A DNA stretch of 10,239 bases from Armatimonadota bacterium (GTDB taxonomy: Bacteria; Armatimonadota; Zipacnadia; Zipacnadales; UBA5352), in NCBI GenBank assembly GCA_034722055.1, contig JAYENL010000121.1, positions 1-10,239 on the forward strand, written 5' to 3'. The translations under genes were made by a program, and so were the position numbers. Numbering within the stretch: position 1 is the stretch's first letter; each line of letters opens with the position of its first letter. Shown here piece by piece: positions 3,879 through 10,239 of this stretch. The notes beneath the pieces are model-generated. The model saw only the letters and a list, made by a program, of their open reading frames with translations, was not told the DNA's origin and searched no databases.

Positions 3879-6800
3879 TCATGGATGGGGCGCGATGTCT
3901 GCATCCGCCGACGCCGTGAGGCCCGTTGCCACATCGCGCGCGCTGACGTGCCAGATCCCAGCGGGATCGCTGTGGGCCAGCGGGATGGCGATCTCCCGGG
4001 TGCCATGCTCGGCGACCACGTCGCGGGTGTACTCATAGCGCGGCGCATCCTCCCCCGGCGGCGTGACCTCGAGATGCACCACGTGGTCCGTCGGGGTGAG
4101 CTCCGCCTGGACTGCAGCCTCGATCAGCAGCTCGTCGCCGTGCCCTGACGCTGCCACCGAGAGACCATCAGGTCGGTAGGGCAGCAGCGCCAGGAAGCGG
4201 GCCTCGCCCGGCGCCACGTCCACCTCCACGCTCTCCAGCCTGCCCAGCAGCCGCCCCCCGCGGGAGTCGTAGACCCACGCCGCCCGGGGCAGCTCCAGGG
4301 TCACCGGACCATCGGCCGCGGCGTCCGCCGATGGGTCCCGGAGCAGGCCCAGATACTGCGCAGCGCCAAGCGTCATGCGGAAGAGCCGCGTGTGCTGCGG
4401 AAGGCCGCCCCTGCGCGTGCGCCAGCGGACCTCCGGCTGCAGGCCAAGCTCGGCGATGGCCGCGTCCAGAGAGTCAGCCGCTTCTGCGTCGGCATGCCGG
4501 CCGAGGACGAATGCGCGGTCGCCGGCCATGACCTCGTTCAGAGGCGACCCGCCGTCGCGCGGCCTGCCGTGGCCGGTATGCGTGGCCGGCATGGCGTCCG
4601 CCAGGACCATCCCGCCGGCGGCTGCGAACTTACGGATCGCCGCCACGCTCTCATCCGAGAGCGCCAGGCAGCACGGCAGCACCAGCAGGTCGATGCCGCG
4701 CATGGCGGGGCCCTCAAGCTCCTCCGGGAGCAGGTAGCGGTACGCGACTGCCCGGCGGATCAAAGCGGCGGCCATGGCGCCATCCGAGGCGTGGTAGCGG
4801 TCCCATCCCTCATCGGTGGGCATGCCCCTCTCCAGCGCGGGCTGCGCGTAGAGCAGATGCTTGCTGGCCTGGGAGTGCAGGATGGCGGCCTGAGGCCGGG
4901 CGCGGTCGGCTACGCGCAGCAGTCTGGCGATGCCATTGCGGAGGTCGCGGGATGCACCGGTGACGGCCTTGCTGCGTCCGGTCTCCCGCCACAGCGGCCC
5001 GAACATGTACCAGGGGGTGAAGCCCGGTCCGCGGTCCGAGTAGGCCCACGGCTCCACCGGATTCCACCAGATGGGCATGACGCCTCCGTTGAGCGCGAAG
5101 CGCCACACGAAGTGCCGGCAGCCGAGCGCGCCGGTCCTGTAGCCGAACCAGGACAGAATCGGTGCATCCGTCCACGACATGTCGCGGTCCAGCACGTGCC
5201 GGTGGCTGTAGCGCAGCAGGATCTCCTCGTTGGGCACCCAGAGTCCGAAGTGGGTGCCCGAGAGGGAGTTGTACTTGTAGGGGTTCGTGAAGCTCATCCG
5301 CACGTGCGGATAGCGCTCGCGGACGGCGTCATGTGCGGCCGCATAAGCGCCGGCCCACACGCGGTCCATGTGCAGACGGTAGTCCACCCACAGGGCCGGG
5401 TTCTCGGCGCCCTGCATGTCAGCCAGCAGCGGCATGCCTACATCATCGAACGACGCGAAGTCCGTGTCCCACTCGGCGTTAGCCGCCTCGATGGAGTGGT
5501 ACTCCTCCGCAGCCCACTCCCGGAAGCGGGCCAGGCAGTGCTCGCTGCCACATAGCTCGACGTTCGCCTGCTGCGCCAGGTGCGTCTCATCGTCCATGTT
5601 GAACCCCAGAAAGCCCCAGTGGTGCTTCTGGCCGACCGTCTCGAGCGTGCGCTCCACCACGGTCTGCAGGTGCTCCGGGTTGCTCATGCAGCGCTGGCGC
5701 ACGTGTTCGGAGCCACTGTAGCGCATGCCCGCGCGGGCGACGCCGCCGAAGGCCGGCATGCCGCGCTGGATCATGTACTCGTTGACGGTCGTGGCCTCCA
5801 CGCCGTGCGCGCGCAGGAAGGCCACCAGGTGATCCTCCAGCCATGGAGCGCAGCGAATGTGCATGGCGGCGTATCCGGCCGCCAGACGGAAGCGATCCAG
5901 ATGGTCGGCGTTCGCGGCCGGCACGAACAACGGCTGCTCCGCGCGGTCCGCCAGCACCTCGCCGTCGAGGGCCGATACGACGATCCGGTGGTAGACCGAC
6001 AGCGGATCGCGGACCGCCAGCGAGAACGTGGCAGTCGCACCCTCCGCGGCCTGGACCTGTGTCTGGTCACGCGAGACCACGCGGCCAAAGGCGTCCACCA
6101 GCTCGGCTGCCAGCGTCCCATTCGTCTCGGCTGAATACTGGGCGGCCACCTCGACGCTATCACCGGGCTCCGCCAGCTCAGGCGCGGTGAGGTCCTCAAG
6201 CGTAATGCGTGTTTCCATGCCGGGTACCACCGCTGCCGCCAGGTCCACCGGCTGATCCCCGGTCAACAGGCGCACACGCGCGATGCTCGGCCCACGCCGG
6301 TTGCCAGGCAGCTCGGTCGAGGGGATGGTCAGCGTCCCCCTGCCATCCTCCAGGCCGATTCTGTGTTCAACGGTCCTTCCGACCTCGAAGCGATGGTCCC
6401 ACGTCACCTCAGCCGTGAGCGCTTCAGCGGGCGGCGACGAGACGTGGATGTTGAGGCCGGCGTCGTCGAAGCTGAGACCCTCAATGCGGCTCTCGGGCAG
6501 CCGGTCCGCCGCCCACAGGATGCTTCGCGCCAGCGCCGCCCACCGGTACTCCCAGTACTGGTTGGTGCCCTCGCGGAAGGGAACCAGCCCCGGCACCTCT
6601 TCCGACCACCTGAGTCGGGCCGCGTGTCCGTCACCGATCGCGCCAGCGCTGAGCGCCTCCAGTACCTCGGTGCCGCCGGAGGTGGCCGAGATGACCTCAG
6701 GACTGAGTGCGCCCAGGACCCGGGGGAGCTCGTCCTCCTCCAGCGGCTCGTCAGGAAGCCGTCCCAGCAGATCGTCCAGCACCTCTGGCTTCGCGGCGCC

Positions 6801-8399
6801 GCCGCCAGCCAGCGGCTCGACAGCTACCAGGCCGACTCCGCGCTCCACCGCGGTGATGATCGATTGCACCACCGAGGGCTGCGACGGGCGCCCCGCCAGG
6901 ATGATGACATCGTGATCTCCCGCGGCCAGGCGTCGCTCGATGGCGGACGCGTCGAAGGCCACGCACTGATCGACCTTCCCCGAGCCGCGGTAGGTGGGGC
7001 AGTAGACCAGGTCATAGTCCATCTCAAGCCGCTCTGCGAGCTCCGCCGCGTCGCGCTGGAACTCGCCGATGAAGATGAGCGCGCGCAGCGGTCCCCCCGG
7101 CAGCGGGTTGAAGCCCTTCATCGCCGGCGTCGGCCAGGGGTCGCCGAGGCCGCGCTGGTCGGAGCCGGTGCACTTGCGCGCCTCATGGATGCCGCCCAGC
7201 CCCACAGCGCCCCGGAAGACCTGCACCCAGGCGTACTCCACCCACCCGGTGCGGTTGGCGCGATAGAGGTTCGCCGACCTGAGACGCCTGGCGCCACTGT
7301 CCACGACGATGCGGCCCACCTGCAGCTCGAACTCGTCGCCCATCTCCAGCTTGAAGTAGGGGTAGAGATCGTCGGGACTGCCATCCTCCATCTCCTGCAC
7401 GACCGCGATGCCGGCCTTTGCGCCCTCGCCGGCCCGGACGACGGAGAGGACGGTGAAGATGTCGCCCGGCTCGACGGGCACGTTCAGCGACTGGGAGGCG
7501 ATGCCGTAGTCGCCGTTGTTGCGCAGGGCGTAGTGGCGGCTCATCGGGACGATCTCGGAATGCTCGGTGTGGCTGGAGAGCCGCCAGCTCGGGATCCCGT
7601 CCTCGCCCGGAAGGAAGCCCGGATTCTCCAGCAAGCCCTCGGGCAGGTGTAGGGCGCTTACTCGACGTATGTCGCGATCCGCTGCAGGCGCGCCGGAGAA
7701 GCGAAGCCGGCCGAAGCCCTCGGGGACGCCGAACTTCTTCAGCCCCTCCTCCAGGGGCGACCAGGTGCTCCACTCGGTCGGCTCCGCCGGACGATGCTCC
7801 CGGCCGACGTTGAAGCCCCACGCCTCTCCTGGCCGGGGCGGCGCTCCAGGCAGGTCGCGCCAGGGGATCGCCATCTCCACCCGCCAGGCCTCATCGCCGA
7901 TCCTTGCGGCCACGCGGGCGCGGGCGTCGTAGCTGGGGTCGGTGGTGCGCTCGTCGTAGAGCGTGCCGCGGGCGTTGACGATGAAGTGGTAGTACTGCGC
8001 GGAGCCGGGGTCGGGCTGTACGAAGACCTCCATGGCGTCCTCCATCCACGTCTCTCCATCACGGGTGGTCACCTCGGCGGTGATGGTCGCCGGGTCCGGC
8101 TCCAGGCAGATGGCGTGCAGGTAGAGCGCGTCGTCGTCCCACGCCGCCCGCACCGTCGTCTGTCGGAAGGCCCGCTGGGCTCCGCCGCTGCTCAGCACGC
8201 TGAAGTCCGTGGCCACCATCGCGCCCTTCCAGCAGGCGTCGTCGGCCCCGGCGTCGATGACCGGCGGCTCCTCAGCCCTGGCGCACACGAGCGTCTGTGC
8301 GTGACCGGCACGGGATGCGACGAGAAGGGCTATCGCCGCCAACGCGAATACAAGCGTCAGGCGCCGCGACGTCATACAGAGATCTCTGGATGGGATCAT
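3879..8399 (-). CDS. Secreted multidomain GH42 (beta-galactosidase)-like protein: CBM9-like domain, second CBM-like domain, GATase-like domain, beta-sandwich domains, TIM barrel, trimerisation-like domain, C-terminal beta domain
   Basis: 1506-aa ORF with GGAGGAG SD 6 nt before the ATG and a signal peptide ending AGHA|Q. CBM9-like motifs: PPVIDAGADDACW, TTVRAAWDDDALYL, DAMEVF, WRVEMAIPW, WGFNVGR. CBM-like start: LLENPGF. GH42 hallmarks: C.SEHCLARFREWAAEEYHSIEAANAEWDTDFASFDDV and WVDYRLHM. Trimerisation-like segment: AAILHSQAS...IDLLVLPCCLALSDESVAAIRKFAAAGGMVLAD. Confidence 0.85.
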   Translation of the reverse strand: MIPSRDLCMTSRRLTLVFALAAIALLVASRAGHAQTLVCARAEEPPVIDAGADDACWKGAMVATDFSVLSSGGAQRAFRQTTVRAAWDDDALYLHAICLEPDPATITAEVTTRDGETWMEDAMEVFVQPDPGSAQYYHFIVNARGTLYDERTTDPSYDARARVAARIGDEAWRVEMAIPWRDLPGAPPRPGEAWGFNVGREHRPAEPTEWSTWSPLEEGLKKFGVPEGFGRLRFSGAPAADRDIRRVSALHLPEGLLENPGFLPGEDGIPSWRLSSHTEHSEIVPMSRHYALRNNGDYGIASQSLNVPVEPGDIFTVLSVVRAGEGAKAGIAVVQEMEDGSPDDLYPYFKLEMGDEFELQVGRIVVDSGARRLRSANLYRANRTGWVEYAWVQVFRGAVGLGGIHEARKCTGSDQRGLGDPWPTPAMKGFNPLPGGPLRALIFIGEFQRDAAELAERLEMDYDLVYCPTYRGSGKVDQCVAFDASAIERRLAAGDHDVIILAGRPSQPSVVQSIITAVERGVGLVAVEPLAGGGAAKPEVLDDLLGRLPDEPLEEDELPRVLGALSPEVISATSGGTEVLEALSAGAIGDGHAARLRWSEEVPGLVPFREGTNQYWEYRWAALARSILWAADRLPESRIEGLSFDDAGLNIHVSSPPAEALTAEVTWDHRFEVGRTVEHRIGLEDGRGTLTIPSTELPGNRRGPSIARVRLLTGDQPVDLAAAVVPGMETRITLEDLTAPELAEPGDSVEVAAQYSAETNGTLAAELVDAFGRVVSRDQTQVQAAEGATATFSLAVRDPLSVYHRIVVSALDGEVLADRAEQPLFVPAANADHLDRFRLAAGYAAMHIRCAPWLEDHLVAFLRAHGVEATTVNEYMIQRGMPAFGGVARAGMRYSGSEHVRQRCMSNPEHLQTVVERTLETVGQKHHWGFLGFNMDDETHLAQQANVELCGSEHCLARFREWAAEEYHSIEAANAEWDTDFASFDDVGMPLLADMQGAENPALWVDYRLHMDRVWAGAYAAAHDAVRERYPHVRMSFTNPYKYNSLSGTHFGLWVPNEEILLRYSHRHVLDRDMSWTDAPILSWFGYRTGALGCRHFVWRFALNGGVMPIWWNPVEPWAYSDRGPGFTPWYMFGPLWRETGRSKAVTGASRDLRNGIARLLRVADRARPQAAILHSQASKHLLYAQPALERGMPTDEGWDRYHASDGAMAAALIRRAVAYRYLLPEELEGPAMRGIDLLVLPCCLALSDESVAAIRKFAAAGGMVLADAMPATHTGHGRPRDGGSPLNEVMAGDRAFVLGRHADAEAADSLDAAIAELGLQPEVRWRTRRGGLPQHTRLFRMTLGAAQYLGLLRDPSADAAADGPVTLELPRAAWVYDSRGGRLLGRLESVEVDVAPGEARFLALLPYRPDGLSVAASGHGDELLIEAAVQAELTPTDHVVHLEVTPPGEDAPRYEYTRDVVAEHGTREIAIPLAHSDPAGIWHVSARDVATGLTASADADIAPHP

Positions 8400-8436
8400 G
8401 ACATGCTCCTCCAGTGGCTCATCGCCAGTGGCGCCT

Positions 8437-10239
8437 CTACCGGGCGTCGAGGTGCTCCACGGTGATTCGATCCCCGACCTCCAGCCCCCACAGTCGCCGC
8501 CCGGCGGCGCGATGGCCGGAGAGGACGAAGCCGTCGGCGGGGATCGCCGCGCTGCCGCGGCGGATCTGGATGTCGCGCACCTGGCCGTCGCTGACCACCA
8601 CCTCCGTTCCCCACCTGTTGGTGCCCGTGGTCTCGCCGTGCTCGGAGGTGTAGATCACCAGCTCGTCGGTGCCGCGGCTGTCGTTGATCTTCATTGGCAG
8701 CAGGCGCAGGCCCGACCTCGGCGAGCGCACCTGCAGGCCGACGTCGCGAATCGCCTTCGCTGTCATGCGTGCCTCCGCGGCAAGCGGGGACTCGGCCAGG
8801 AACCGATGCAGCTCAGGCTCATCCACCTCGCCGACGGCCTCAGGGAGCCGGGCCATGGTGACTGCGGTGCGCAGCGCTGCGCGCCTCGCCGCCGGGCCGT
8901 CGCTCTCGTCGAGCGCCGCCACCGCCTCCCGCCAGTATTCGAGGGCCTCCGCGTACACCGCCGCCCCTCGCATGGTGATCCGCCATCGGTCCAGCCACAG
9001 GCGGCCCCCGGGCCGCACATCGCCGGCGTCGGCGCGCTCCAGCAGCTCCGAGCAGCGGGCGACCAGGCTCTGCAGCTCCGCGGCGTCTTCGGCGCTGGCC
9101 TCCTGGGGGCGAACGGAGAGCCGGAACATGGCGACGCTGGCTCGCTCCCAGGTGTTGACGAAGCGGGTCATGGTCTCGGCGGCCGGGCCCCAGGCCGCGT
9201 GGCAGTAGCGCCGGACGAGTGCATCGACGTCCGCCTTCGGGTCCCACAGCAGGCGGGCCATCACGTAGTAGTTCAGCCCCACGCCCCAGTTCATCTCCGG
9301 CGGGTTGTTGATCTGCGCCATGACCCCGGAGGCCCCGACGTCCGCCACCAGGCCTATCTCACGAGCAACGGCGTGAGGGAAGAGCAGGTTGAAGCGCTTG
9401 GCCTCGTGTCCGGTGAAGTAGTACTCGTAGATCCAGATGCGGTCCAGGCCCAGCTCTCGCCACCGCCGAAGGGCGTCGATGTACTGCTCATGGCTGGAAC
9501 TGCCGAGGATATCCGCGTGCAGGATGCCGGCCGCGAAGGCCAGGACCGCGTTCTCGGTATGCGGCTCGGGCTCGTCGGGCGGGCGCAGGTAGTTGTTGTA
9601 GGCCAGCAGGCCGACGCGCACTGAGGGGCGGCGCTGATGGATGGCGCGCGCCACGGGGTTGAACAGGCGCAGGTAGCGGCCGTCCAGGGCCTTCCGCGGA
9701 TCGATCCTGCCGCACTGCTCGCACTGGCAGAACGGGAAGTAGCCGTCCTCGGGCCAGAAGCCGAAGGCCTCCACCCAGGGGTGCTCGTCGATCAGCGCGT
9801 CCAGGTTCTCGATGGCGTGCTGAATCGACGCCGGTTTATGCGGGCAGAGGGTCTCGCCCTCCTCGGCGTAGTAGGTGAAGCCGTGCTCGCCCAGCTCTAC
9901 CGAGAGGCTGGCCTCCTGCATCAGCGGCCGGGTCCGGCTCAGGTCCCAGCCCAGCTTGGCCAGTCCCCAGTTCATGCCCAGCCGGGCGTACCAGCGGTGC
10001 ACACTGCGCCACGGCCGGACCAGGCCGCGGATGGGCAGGGCCGGCGCGTCCGCGATGCGCTCGCGGGGGAAGCCCGGATCGCCGGACCCGGTGAGGGCCT
10101 CCCCGCTTGTGCCGGGCTGCAGCCAGCGCCAGCCCACCGCCTCCTCCAGGTAGCGATAGGCGGCGTAGAGAGTGCCTCGGGGATCGACCCCGCACAGGTG
10201 CACGTCGGCGCCGTGACGCTCGATGACGAAGCCGTCGGC
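8437..10239 (-). CDS. DUF4838-like putative glycoside hydrolase with GH20/GH67-type N-terminal domain, partial (start lies beyond the right edge)
   Basis: The frame stays open to 10239 (ADGFVIERHGADVHLCGVDPRGTLYAAYRYLEEAVGWRWLQPG), so the ORF-track GTG at 10203 is internal. Motifs RGTLYxxYxxLExxxGxRWxxPG, WPEDGYFPFCQCEQC, VGLLAYNNYLRPP, IWIYEYY and LNYYVMARLLWDPKADVDALVRRYCHAAWGPAA are characteristic of DUF4838 proteins. The stop is 37 nt from the next start, consistent with an operon. Confidence 0.85.
   Translation of the reverse strand, partial: ADGFVIERHGADVHLCGVDPRGTLYAAYRYLEEAVGWRWLQPGTSGEALTGSGDPGFPRERIADAPALPIRGLVRPWRSVHRWYARLGMNWGLAKLGWDLSRTRPLMQEASLSVELGEHGFTYYAEEGETLCPHKPASIQHAIENLDALIDEHPWVEAFGFWPEDGYFPFCQCEQCGRIDPRKALDGRYLRLFNPVARAIHQRRPSVRVGLLAYNNYLRPPDEPEPHTENAVLAFAAGILHADILGSSSHEQYIDALRRWRELGLDRIWIYEYYFTGHEAKRFNLLFPHAVAREIGLVADVGASGVMAQINNPPEMNWGVGLNYYVMARLLWDPKADVDALVRRYCHAAWGPAAETMTRFVNTWERASVAMFRLSVRPQEASAEDAAELQSLVARCSELLERADAGDVRPGGRLWLDRWRITMRGAAVYAEALEYWREAVAALDESDGPAARRAALRTAVTMARLPEAVGEVDEPELHRFLAESPLAAEARMTAKAIRDVGLQVRSPRSGLRLLPMKINDSRGTDELVIYTSEHGETTGTNRWGTEVVVSDGQVRDIQIRRGSAAIPADGFVLSGHRAAGRRLWGLEVGDRITVEHLDAR

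Noticed and set aside
4392..9624. Long plus-strand ORFs (4392-5555, 6363-7652, 7794-8465, 8398-9624)
   Set aside because: Antisense to well-supported minus-strand genes; long stop-free antisense frames are expected with high GC3 codon usage.
10201..10203. GTG at 10203 as the start of the DUF4838-like gene
   Set aside because: The frame is open to the window edge and the upstream residues (DGFVIERHG) continue the N-terminal domain; there is no SD or signal peptide at this GTG.

Overview
GC-rich bacterial DNA in which all seven supportable genes lie on the minus strand. In transcription order (right to left): (1) a 5'-truncated DUF4838-like putative glycoside hydrolase with a small C-terminal beta module; (2) a 1506-aa secreted multidomain GH42-like protein whose catalytic motifs look non-canonical; (3) a translationally coupled ECF sigma factor and anti-sigma-like membrane protein with bactofilin-like repeats, preceded by an ECF-type promoter; (4) a very basic glutaredoxin-like protein behind a clear sigma70-type promoter overlapped by a palindromic operator; (5) a lipoprotein thioredoxin on a long acidic linker; (6) a 3'-truncated secreted beta-helix protein absent from the ORF track. 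The most notable signals are the apparent decay or rewiring of the ECF pair (a likely in-frame deletion of the zinc finger plus several inferred T>C changes at conserved codons), the GH42-like enzyme with a DDE motif and no obvious nucleophile, and the exported classical thioredoxin. Family assignments come from motif recognition by eye, not database searches. I saw no rRNA, tRNA, CRISPR array or mobile element.
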